From: Camelus dromedarius
Lineage: Eukaryota
Direction of reading: 5' to 3'
Length of the DNA stretch: 64,000 bases
NCBI RefSeq assembly: GCF_036321535.1
Contig: NC_087445.1
Coordinates: 10,108,001 to 10,172,000 of the forward strand
Made by a program: the position numbers and the translations under genes
In this document: positions 38,446 to 50,367 of the stretch, piece by piece
Numbering within the stretch: the stretch's first letter is position 1
How the letters are laid out: each line of letters opens with the position of its first letter
Notes under the pieces: generated by a model
What the model saw: only the letters and a program-made list of their open reading frames with translations
The model's database searches: none
What the model was told of the DNA's origin: nothing

Positions 38446-41060
38446 TGTATTATCTTTCTCATTGCTATAAAAATTATACAAAATTCATGGTTTAAAAGAA
38501 TGCAAATTTATTATCCTACAGTTCTGTACGTGAGAAGTTCTACACGGGTGTCAGTGGGCTAAAATCAGTGTGGGAGACAAAATTTAAAAAAAAAATTAAA
38601 AATTAAAAAAAAATCAGTGTGGGAGGAAGGCTGTGTTTCTTCCTGGAGGCACTAGCAAAGAATCCATTTTCTTCTCTTTCTTAGCTTCCAGTGGCCACAT
38701 ACATTCCCTGGCTCTGTGCCCATTTCCTTCCTGGCCTTGCATCTCTCTACCATTCTTTTGACATCGACTCTCTCTCTGAGCCTGACCTCAGCCAGGAAAG
38801 TTTCTTTTATGGGCTGATATGATTAGATTGGACCTCTTTAGATAATCTAATCTAGGATAATCTCCCATCTCAAGATCCTTAACCTTAATTATATCTGCAG
38901 AATCCATTTATCCATGTGAGATAACATGATTACACATTCCAGTGATAAGGATGTGGACTTATGTAGGGGGTCATTATTCTGTTTATATTACATGTTTATA
39001 TTCCCATATAAAAAGTATATTCAACCCATCACAACAGTATAAAAAGTCTCAAGACTTTAAGTCTCATCTAAATCTCATTAGCCTAAAAGCCTAAAATCTC
39101 ATCGTCTAAATCATCTAAATGAGACATGGGAGCTTCCCTGGTAACAATCCCTGCTGGGCATCCTGTCCATCTATGGACTCATGGAACTTGAGAAGCAAGT
39201 TACCTGTTCCTAAAGCACTATGGTGAGACAGGTACATGATAACAGTTCCCAGAATTCAGGCTCAAGATAGTCAAAGATGGAAGGAGGAAGAGTTACTGGT
39301 CCCAGGCAAATTCAAAGTCTAGGCAGGGAAGCTCTGTTTTAAGTGCTGGGAGTAACCCTAAGGGGCTCAGTTATCTGGGCTCGTAGCTCCGCCCTGGTCG
39401 GCAGCCTCCATTTTTAATAAATGGTGGTGCATGCTTTGCAGCTAGATAGTTGTAGCGGCCTGTTTCCTGCCTGTAGAAATGGGTGGTTCCGCCAGCCTTC
39501 GTTAATTTTTTACTCTCCCTACCCCTTTCATTCCCAGCTAGCAGTGTTTCTGTTGGCTGGAATTCTGGAGACTCTTGGGGCTCTCCCATCTATGTCATGG
39601 TGTCCCCTCCATTGGACAAGATCTTTCCTAGAGTACCCAGTTTCTGTGTTTGGTTTATGTTGGGATGGCTGAGAGCTCATGCCGTATGGTTTCCCAAGAT
39701 GCCAGTTAGATTAAAGTGACCTGTTAGAACTTAATCTCCTCCAAGAGCCATATGTGCAAAGGAACATTATGATCTTTTGATTCTTCTGAGGTATTAGCAA
39801 GAAGGAGTGTAGCCTCATACTTGACTTTTCTTCTAGATCATGATTTCCGGGTGGTGAACCTCTCCATTATAGTGATTTTTTCCCCCACAATCTGAATAGG
39901 CTGACAACTTGCAAAATCATGCAGTACTGGGGTGTTTTTTGCTTTTTTTTTTTTTTTAACTCACTTTTGTGTTATTTTAACAGTTCTTCCATAGTTAATC
40001 TCATTCCTCTAACATTTTACTATAAGCAGCAAGAAGAAACCAGGCTGCACCTTCAACACTCTGCTTAGAAGTCTCCCCAGGAAATGTACAGTTTTGTCCT
40101 TTGCCAGTTCTGCTCTCCACGTAACTGAAGGACACGGTTCTGCTGCGCATTCCACCGCTATGCAGCAACGATGTTATTTCCTCTCGTTTCCAATAACGTG
40201 TTCTTCATTTCCTTCTCAGCTTTTACCAGGTGTTCTTTTAAGGTCCATATTTTCCTAACAGTCTGCTCACAGTGATTTTGGATTCTGTGAGATGATTTAT
40301 GTTTTCTCAGTCCTGCTCCACGCTTCTTTCTGAGTCCTTATGAAGAATAGTTCCCATCAATATTTCGACTAACAGTTTCCCCAAGGACATCTAGTTGTTT
40401 TTTTTTTTTTTTAAAATGATCTACAAAATTCTTCCAGTCTCTGCCTGTTGCCCAATTACAAAGCCATTTATACATTTTTAGGTATTTGTTATAGCAGTAC
40501 GTCACCCCTGATACCAAGTATAGATTAGTTTACTATTGGTGCTGTAACAAATAGTCCAAAGAAGTATTTTAAACAATGCAAATATATTATCTTATAGATC
40601 TGTAAGTTTGAATTGAAGAAAAAAAAAAACCTTATTGGGCTAAAATTAAGATACCAATAGTCTGTCTTTATATTTTGGGTTTTTTTTTTTTGTGTGTGTT
40701 TTGTTGTCGTCATTTTGTGTGGAGTCTCTAGGGCAGAATGTTTCCTTGCCTTTCCCAGCTTTTAATGGTAACCATATTTCTTGGCTTTTGCCCCTGTTCC
40801 TTTACCTTCAATCCAGTGATACTGCATCTCTTTGACCATTCTCACAACTCCTTTTCTGATGACAGTTAAGAAAGGCTTTCTGCATTTAAGGATGTCTATG
40901 ATTAGACTGGGCTCCCTGGGTATCCAGCACGGTCTCCCCATTTCAAGATCCTTAACATTAATCACACTGGCAAAGTCCCTTTTGTCATGTAAGATAACGT
41001 ACCCATTGGCTGTGGAGATTATGATGCGGACAACTTTGGGAGCCATTTTTCTTCCTACTT
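38446..41060 (-). mobile_element. Complete MaLR element (MLT1C/D-like): LTR 38446-38992, internal ~38993-40518, LTR ~40519-41060
   Basis: Two homologous LTRs share 'atgcaaat(t/a)tattatc', 'gggctaaaat', 'tgattaga(t/c)tgg', 'tctcccca..tcaagatccttaac'; internal motifs 'ataagcagcaagaagaaaccaggctgcaccttcaacact' and 'ttaggtatttgttatagcag...taccaa'. Confidence 0.85.
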
Positions 41061-41252
41061 GGCCTCATCCAAACAGACTCAGCCACTGTCCAGGGTATCC
41101 CCTTTCCTTTTCCCTTCTTTGAGTACTTTCTGTCCCACATCTGTGTGTTTTTAACCTTTTGAATGAGTGTGACCATTTGCCTCATCATTTGATCAGTGTT
41201 GCTTGCTCAAGGAGCCCTTGGTGTCTGACAGTCGATGTGGACTCAGATTATT

Positions 41253-41711
41253 GTAGGCCTCCTTGAAGCTTGGGTTCCCCAGAAAACAGAGTGTGAGGTG
41301 GAGCATATATTTTAGGGACTTGGTAAGAGAGGATTTTGGAGATCATCATCACTGTAGAAGAGGAAGGACAAAGCAGCAGGGTTGGGCAGAAGGAAAGCTC
41401 TGGATGCAAGGTTGTCTCAATGAACACCTCAGGTGACCAGACATTAAGGAAGGAATTTCTGAGGCCAGATGGACCCCTTAGATTAGTCCGTGTTACAGTG
41501 AGAGAACCAGGTCTTTATGCTATGGAAGCTACCAGCCAACGAACGTAGGCTGCCCACAGAGAGAGAAGTAAGGCAGTCCCTCCAACCCAGGACAGCTTCC
41601 AGGGAGGGCTGGCAGTTGAGAGCCATCAGCCAGCAACAGCCACAGCAGATGTGAAAGCAGCTCTTCAGTCTTGAAGGGGCATCTGGAAAGCGCATCACAG
41701 CATCCGCTACT
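41253..41711 (-). mobile_element. ERVL solo LTR (LTR16-like)
   Basis: 'gggttccccagaaaacagagtgtgagg' and terminal 'tcttgaaggggcatctggaaagcgcatcacagcatccgctac'. Confidence 0.7.
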
Positions 41712-42134
41712 CCTGCAGATTCTGATTTCTTAACTTAGATCTGATCTTTGCTAAAATATGTGTGTTATCTGTTTCTCTGTTGATGGTGTCTGCCCAAGGC
41801 ACACATTCTGCCATCACCCAAAACTGGCATAAAAACTGAACATTTGCCTGTTTGTTTATATATACCTTTTCCAACTCCATTCAGTTCCTCCTGCTGCTAA
41901 ATCATTCCTTTCTCATTTGAGGCCCCAGTGTACTAGAATAAATTGGGTGGAACTAAAGAATGGAATATCCCTTGTGCACGGCTGGTTGTTTTCCACAATA
42001 ATTTACCTTCCAGTTTAGTCTATAGAATTGGATAGTGTGAAGGTGTAAATTACTGGCTTCTCTTTTACCTAAGTTACCTGCAGATGAGAACTAGAATTGA
42101 GAATTCCTGCTCCCTCCTTCAGTATTCTGTGCAG

Positions 42135-42380
42135 TGTGACAGGGGTGGACTTGGAGTCAGAGCTGTGATAAACTTCAAGACCCACCAATTACTGGCTTTG
42201 TGACCTACAGCAAACAAAAACAAAAACAAAAACAAAAACCTTCACTACATTGATCCTTGGTTTCCTCATTTGCAAATTTTAAATAATATTATCCACATCA
42301 GAGTGTTGCCTATGTGCTGAACATACTGATATAAAACCTCTAGCATGGTAGGTAGTGTAAATTATTGTTCAGAATGCATT
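42135..42380 (+). mobile_element. MIR SINE with a (CAAAAA)n tract
   Basis: 'ggacttggagtcagag...tactggctttgtgacct...ccttggtttcctcatttgcaaa'. Confidence 0.7.
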
Positions 42381-42981
42381 TGCTTCTTCTTTTAGCTGAT
42401 TTTTAGATCTTTAATAAAATAAACTTTCATCTCTTCCCCTCACCTGCAACTTTCCACAGGCCACCATCCTCATTATGTACTTAGTATATTGTATGTCTAT
42501 TATCACAAGCCTAGAAATATAATATTTAGATAAATTGAATTCATGACATGCTGTTGTTTTATGAAGATGTAAACTATTTTAGGCAAACTGAAATATAGAA
42601 TAAGTTTTATTCACACCTTTATAAGTGTAAATATACTTTCATTTTTAGGAACATAAATTTTGTATGTAACCTGATTAGAACTTAAATTTAAGTTGGGAAC
42701 ACAGAAGCAATTATTTTTGGTATATCTATTTGTGGAATAGAGAGATATATAAACTTATATTTGTTAATTTCAAATTTCAAAGTGTACCTGTTCTAAAGCT
42801 ATGCCTATAATAATTAAATTTGTTCTAGGATAAGTATGTCTCTGGAGCATTTTGAAAAAAATACTTTCATAAACAGATGAATACCAAAATACGTTTCCCC
42901 AGAAAATGTGCATACAGAGAGAATTTTGAAGACCATTTTTAGGGCACATGAAACAAGGGAAGTAGAATCATAAATTATCAC

Positions 42982-43263
42982 ACTGCAGCTATCAAAATTT
43001 TACATACCCGTGCATAGTATAAATACGGTTTAACAACTTTGCACATGCACGCTCTTGTGTGCCAAAGGGAATAAAACATTCATGAGACAACATCTTATAC
43101 TATATATATACTTTCAGCTCTGCACTCCTCTGATTTTTTACTGTTTTGTTATATCCTATCCTATTTTATTTAAAAAATTGTTGCCTCACCCCTAACTTGC
43201 TCTCATGACCCACTATTCCATCATAATCCGTAAGTAGGTCAAGTCACAGTTTGAAAAATACTG
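42982..43263. mobile_element. hAT-Charlie DNA transposon relic (MER119-like)
   Basis: Terminal 'tcatgacccacta...ggtcaagtcacagtttgaaaaatactg'. Confidence 0.5.
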
Positions 43264-44574
43264 CTGTAAGGCTCCTAGGATTCCATATTAAAAAGTAATG
43301 CTTGGAGGTTTAGGTAAAAATACATCCAGAAGCTTCTGTGAAAGAAAGAATTAGATAGATCTTGGTTGCGTTCAGTTTATAATTCCTAAAAAACATGGGG
43401 GAAAAGTAGAAACCATCACCATTAAACAGAAGTCAATCAGACAGTCCATTGACATGTCTGTCTGTCTATCTATATGGAGAGAATTATATTTACCAAGTTT
43501 GAGAAAATTCTGAAAGCATTTTAGGATATGGTGTATTAAAAACACCCAAGGGATACATATTTCTGAAGTAGAAGGTCATCTGAGTTCAGTTGCTGAGCTA
43601 TTCTGTTAGCATATATTTATTTTGAGGGCTTAAATTATCTTCTCAGGCTTAGAAAGAATTAAAAGACATGTATGAATTAAAACCAATTTATTTGTTCCAG
43701 TAGTTTCTTAATTTTATGTTTCAAAACACAGCAGTTTCATTCCCTTGCTTCATAACAGAAGGAATGAAAGGTGTGTAAGAGGCAGAGTCAGCATTCCTCT
43801 TGCTGCCGGGCATCAGGACATCTGTGTGTCACAGAACTGCTGATGGCATTTCTAGCTCACACCTGAAAGAGGTTGCAGATATGGGTCCTTGGGAAGTGAC
43901 TTTATATAACCCAGTGCAGGGATACTGTTAGTGTCATAATTAAATCTCAAGCCATAAGATTCAAAACAAGGCTAATACCACTCACCTTTCACGTGTCTTC
44001 CTCTCCGTTAGACTCCAGGTGTAAGCAGCACGTTAACTAAAGCTCAACTGTGTTACTTCTGTGTTCTAACACCGTGTTCTATTTTAACCAGAAATGTACA
44101 ATGAATTTTTTTCTAAATTAATATGCACACTTAGAAAGGGCTAGCACATCAATGGATATATAATTCAGATCAATAATTACATAAATATTCCAATGTAGAG
44201 AGTTTTATCAGTTCTGGAATGACCATTTAAAAAGCTCAGTAATTAATGACTATTTGTAGGGGCAAGTTCCAAGCAGAGCCGTCACTCAGAGTTACCCATT
44301 TCTCTCAGAGCATCCACTTGTGTTTTGCCCCCTGTAAACTGTTACTAGAAAAGTTACTTAATAGATTATATTTATCTCAGTTGTGAGGGATTGATGCCAT
44401 GTTAATGTTTGCTCCACCTTTTAGAGGTTTATAGATTTAAAAAAAAAAAGTATATCCGAATACAGCAACTTTAAATATGCATACTTTGTCTCTATTATTA
44501 CTGTGGCATGTTCACTCACTATGAGTTTGCAATCCTACCTCTTGCAATATATCATGGTCCATTCTAAGTAGTAG

Positions 44575-44645
44575 TAGTTCTTCTTCTTCCTCTCCTTCCT
44601 CCCCTTCCTCTCCCTTCTCTTCTTCTTCTTCATCATCATCATCAA
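44575..44645. repeat. (CTT/CCT)n-(CAT)n low-complexity repeat
   Basis: Seen directly. Confidence 0.85.
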
Positions 44646-45779
44646 GCATCTGCATAACAGCCCTAGGAGGTCAGCACTGTGATTATTAGTCACCTGCCCG
44701 ATGTCATATGGCAATTAAACAGCCAAGCCTGATGCAGCGTGTGGCAGTTTTTGCCAGCAGGCAGTCTTAGACATAAATCGGCATCAGTTTTAGCAGCTGA
44801 ACATTCCCAGCTCTGACGTGTCAGTCTGTGGAATTCTTCCTTTCTCAGAAAGACAGACACCAACCAAAAAATAATTATAAATTTTTTTGTATGTTGTGGC
44901 TTAGACAATCAAAACCACTGTTGGTTAAGGATATCAGTGGCCCAGTTTTTATCAAAGGTGAGTCTTTCAGGGCTTGAGATAACTCTTTAGGAGTATCTGA
45001 GTCCATACAAGTAATGAAGATAAATATTTGTAGTGAGTGACCCATTTGCTGAATAACAAGATATGAGTGTGGACATATCCAGATTTGACCACATACAGGA
45101 TGGGAATGTGGAGCATTTGATCATGCCCTGTCCTGGCCACAGCTGGTGGAATTATAGCAAGTTTTTTTTCCCCTCTTCACTATTCATCTACTACTCCAAA
45201 CACCACTTTTCTAATTTTTCTAAGGAAAATGATGTGGCTGAAGTTATTCTGCATTATCCTTGTGAAGCCGTTCACAACTCCATGAATTCTCTTCCAAGAG
45301 ATAACAAAATTCCCAAGGAATGTGGTTTCTCTGGTTGCTAGGAACAGTCATTATTCTCACAGTACATGCAACAAAATCTATGGCAGAAAATACTTTAAAC
45401 CAGGAACTCCAAAAATAAGAGCCTGGTCAAATAAAAGCCTGAAACATGTTGCATGCTAAAACTCCTGAGTAATAATAATATTCCAAGATTCTAAAAACTC
45501 CTGCAATCAATATCACTAAATCAGCAATTCTGGAAACATTTGGCTATAAAATCTCCCTCTAGTTTCAGTAATAGCTCAATTAATATCATATACATATTAC
45601 TTAAAACTAGAAATGTAATCATTAATGTTTGAAGCTTCCGTGATTTTTAGTAAGTTTAACATCCTCGTTAAGTAAAGGTTTTCACACAGTTACTTGATAG
45701 TGATGATTAAACAGGAGTACCTCTGCAAAGTGGTTGGCAGGAAGTCCTTCATGCCAAAGCGGGTGGCCTACAGATACTA

Positions 45780-46010
45780 TTTTGGACCTGAAGTCAGATG
45801 GCTTGATGTCACCATCTTCTCTAATTACTAGGTGTACTAACTTAGGGTTTGGGATATAGCATCATTAAGGGTAAGTTTCCTTTTTTGAAACTGTGGTTAT
45901 TAACAGCACCTATCTCAGAGAATTATCGTGAATATCTAATGGTATGACACGTGGAAAGCACTGAGAAGTTTGCCAGCACAAAGTACATGTTCAATTAATG
46001 TTGGCTATCC
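45780..46010 (+). mobile_element. MIR SINE
   Basis: 'gaagtcagatggcttg...taacagcacctatctcagagaattatcgtga...gtggaaagcactgagaa'. Confidence 0.7.
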
Positions 46011-46119
46011 TAATTGTTCTTTCCTTGCCCCTACCTCTTTGCTCCTCCTTCCAAGGCGGTTCCAGCGGTTAAGTATGCAGATATGTACACCGAAGAATGA
46101 CAGGAGAATAACACTTAAT

Positions 46120-46745
46120 CTTACCTGCTTTCTTTCACATTTTACATCCAATTCTGTCAGCTCCCCTTTCAGAATATGTCCAGAATCTGAGCATCCTGGT
46201 TCAGAAGGGTTATCGTGATGACCTTGTGACTGCTGTCCACGCCCCTGCCCGTCCCACTGCTGTGGGTGCCTGAAGCCAGCAGCTAGGGGGTGTTCTCACT
46301 CGTTCCTCGGGGTCCTCACTGACTCGGCTCTTACTTCCCTCCCCGCTGCCACTGAGGCTCATTATCCTTTGAACATGACAAGAATATAATACTTGGCACA
46401 GGATTTACATTTGCTGTTACTTCTGCCTGCAAATTTCTTTACTCAGGGTTCACAAACTCTGTGTTTTCATGTCAATGCTAAATACGGTTTTATCAGAAGA
46501 GTCTTCCCCAAAAATACAATCAAAATATAGTATCATTCTCTCTTCTCATTACCTACCTTGTTTTTCTTCTTCAAACTTACCACATCTGATCATTTCAGTT
46601 TCATCTCCCTAAAATGTAAGTTCCATGAAGAAAGTCGGTTATCTCTTTTTTTCTCCCATGGATGCATTCTTAGAACCTGTAAAAGTATTTGACACACATT
46701 GCTGCTTCATCAATATTTGATGAATGGATTACTTTGTTGAATAAT
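46120..46745 (+). mobile_element. L2 LINE 3' fragment
   Basis: 'cacattttacatccaattctgtcagc...cagaatatgtccagaatctga'; 3' end 'aaatgtaagttccatgaag...tcaatatttgatgaatg'. Confidence 0.7.
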
Positions 46746-48805
46746 AAATGCTTAGGTCTCACCAGTTTTTATCAACGGAAGAAGTTAGTGTGATATTTCT
46801 TGAAGCTTTTAAATACCTTGCAACAAAAGAGCACAGATGGGGAGAAAAACTTAGTAAATGCACTGTTACAGGCACAGAACTCACAAGATCTACTGAAGAT
46901 AACAAAGATGGAAAGGAAGAACGAATGTTCTTTTATTCAGAGTAGCCTATTTTTGTTTTATGAATGTGAACTTTTCTTGAATTTTTGACAATATAAGCTA
47001 GATACTTTTTTTCCATTTTCTATTTTCTTGAAAGTTGGTTTCTCTGTTTATTTGACTGTTTTCTCTAGTTTCCCTGTCTTCATTGTCCTCACATGTCTAC
47101 TGAGAATTCATTGTCCATTCATATAAAGCATAGGGATCAGTAATAATGAGTGGTAATAAATGATCAGTATTCAAAACTAATGAGTTTCCTTATGGAGATC
47201 GCTGTTCTGTAGCAGGAAATGCAAGTGTGAATGGAAAAGCCCTCACTGTGATAAAATGGTAAGGTTTTCCTCAGTCTGTGAGCTGTATACACCATGTGGG
47301 AAAGACTAAAGTGACCCCAAATACTGTCTTGGGTATCTTGGTAGCCCTACCATACTTTCTAGGGAAGTACATACACTGATTCTACATTTTGCTTGGAGAG
47401 CTGGTCTTTCTAACTATATTGAACCTACGAACAAACCACAGATACTGCTGTTTTGGTATGGATGGGAGAGGACTGGCCAGTGACTTATCCTTTAGGACAC
47501 GATACAGCAGATTCCAGCCAATGGCTTGTAGGAGTTGCCCAGGGCAACTGTGACACATTTCTTCCGTAGTTCTGCTTTGTCTGCTTGCTAATTCCTCTGG
47601 CTGTATTTAGTTGTGTTGTTGATTTGAACAAAAGAGCTCCTTAATTTCCATAATCCTTCAGTGTAACTGGTTGACTTTTCTAGTTATTTGAGAAGATATA
47701 TATTTATTTAAATTTCATCTTTGTAGTGTATCTTCTCATGACAATTCACGCATTGCATTGCACCCAATCCTTTCAATCACTTATGTCAAATACGTGTTGG
47801 GTGTTGAGTGGTTTCTTTGCATGTACATGAATACAAGTAAAGGGTTCATGGGCCAAGTTGGCCCAGCGGAGGAGACAGAAGAGGTAACAGATAACGTAGT
47901 GGACTGAGTGCCATCGAAGCGGTAAACTTGAGATAACATATGTCACAAACACAAGGAGTTTGGGACTGTTTATAGAAGAGCTGTTACTTACGCTGCGTAC
48001 TCATGAATAGGACTTAAACAGGCAAAGCGGGCTAGGGGAACAAAGCCCAGAAACGGAAGCTTCGGAAAGAATATTCTAGGTGGAGAAGCTATAACTGGAT
48101 ATGATATAACATAATACAATGTAATAAAAAGTAACCTATAAACAATTTTCATCTTCAACAGTTCATTGCTACAACTAGAATAAAATATTTATTGGCAGAA
48201 GGAAACGGAGGTTTATAAACTGGTCTCCAGATGTTCTTTCTTTCTTTCTCAATATTGTTTTTCATAATACAATATCTTTTTTAAAGAAGCCAAGTTGTTA
48301 GGTCAGAGCGATGCTGTGGTGTACCTAAAATATTGCAATGTCAGTGTCCAGATAAGCACAGAGCCCCTGTGCCTTTGAAAGTCATTCAACCTTATGATGA
48401 AAACTCACAATTAATTTTTTGTACTTATGTTTTTCATTTTATGACACTCAAGATATTTCCTTTTCCTTTGTTGAAACACTATACACACTGCAAACCATAA
48501 ACATACTGGTTTTCCAGTGTGCAATTAAAACTGCTCAAACTCTAGGGACCAGAAGCAATATTTGACCTTGTGTGGGCTATAGTTATAATATTAACCAACC
48601 AAATTACAATAAAACAAATAAGAGGTTAATGAAATTGCTTTGCTTCTTTTAAATTCACAACAAAACATAGTGCTAGTTAAAATGTTTATTTCTACTTCTT
48701 TCTGTCTTTCCCATTCTGTCTACATTTTGCCCTACATTTACATAGTCCTTTTAAAGCTTGATCCAAAATTTTTCAATTCCTTTGGATTATTAACTTCCTT
48801 GTGTG

Positions 48806-48807
<2 letters not shown>

Positions 48808-48836
<29 letters not shown>
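48808..48836. repeat. (TG)n microsatellite
   Basis: Seen directly. Confidence 0.95.
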
Positions 48837-48838
<2 letters not shown>

Positions 48839-48944
48839 ATTCTGATAGGAAACTATCATGTTCTCGTTTTTCACCAATGTATATTTCACACTAATAGCAT
48901 TACTAGGACCTTGCATGCCGAGATTAGATCTGAATAATCTTTCT

Positions 48945-50367
48945 TAAGTATCATTTTTAAATAGTTTTGACATAGGTTGCACACATTTAAAGCATATAAT
49001 TTTATAGGTTTTGATACATGCATGTGCCCAATATGCTGTTGCCAAAATCTTTATAAATGTATTTATCATTATTAAAAATGTGTACATGTTCCTTTGTAAT
49101 CTCTCTCCCTCCCCTTTATGACCAATTAACTTCCTTCCCCCATCCCCAGAGAAACCATAGATGAGTTGTCTACAATCTTTCCATAGATTCATTTGTATTT
49201 TCTACTCTACTACTTTATATAAATGAAATCATAAATTGTACTCTTAATCCACTTAACCATAATTATTTTAAAATTCACCCATGTTGGGATAAGTACCAAT
49301 AGTTTCTTCATTGTTGTTGTTAAATAGTATTCAACTTTATAGATACAACACTTGTTTACAAGTTTATTCATTGATTAATATTTGGGTTGCATCCAACATC
49401 CAGCCATTACAATGAAAGTTGTTATGAGCACTTACGTACAGGTCTTAATATATGCATGTGTGTGTTCCCATTTATCTTGAGTAAGTCTTAGGAGTGGGAA
49501 GTGTAGATCATGCAGAAGGTGTCCAGTTAACTTTAAAAGAAACAGCCACATCTTTTCCAAAGTGACTGTATAATTTTACATTCCTGCCATCAGTGTATGA
49601 GAAGTACAGTTCCACCTTATCCTTGCCAAAATTTTAAGTCAATCTCTTTAATTCTTGCCATTCTAATATATGTGAAATGGAATATCATTGTGGTTACACT
49701 TTTCATTTTCTAATGATTATTCATGTTGAGTATCTTTTCATATGCTTAATGACTCATCATCTCTGGTAAAGGATTTTTTCATAAATTTTGCCCATTTGTT
49801 TTAAACTGGGTAATTTTGAGAGTTCTAGGTACAAGTCCTTTATCAGAAATATGATTTATAAATATTTTCTTCCAGTCTGTAACTGGTTTGTTGATTCTTT
49901 TTACATTGCCTTTCAAAGGAAAGAAGCTTTTAATTTTAATGAAGTCCAGTATATCGGTTTGTTCTTTTATGGGCTTTGTTTTTGGTATCAAATCTTAAAA
50001 TGTGCTTGTATAAACACAAGGTCACATGCATTTTTCCTATGCATTTTAATGGAACTTTTATCATTGTAAGTGTTACATTTGAGTTAATTGTTGTACATGG
50101 TATGAATCTAAGGGGTTTATTTTGTTTGTTTTGCATAAGGTTATCAATTGTTCCACCTACTGAAGTGCTCTTTTCCCCTTTTTGTTAAAAATGAGTTGCC
50201 CATGTTCTTTTTCATTACACTGATCTATTGTTTTTGGTCTGCATGTCAATTATACACAGCCTTGATTACTGCACCATTATAATAAGTATTGAAATCAGGT
50301 AGTTTTATTCATCTTTGACAAAATGTTTTGGCTATTCTAGGTTCTTTACATCTCTAAGTATATGACT
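48945..50367 (-). mobile_element. Old L1 (L1MC/MD-like) 3' fragment; insertion target of the young L1
   Basis: ORF2 fragment LDFIKIKSF...TDWKKIFINHISDKGL (49779-49991); 3'UTR toward 48950. Confidence 0.85.
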
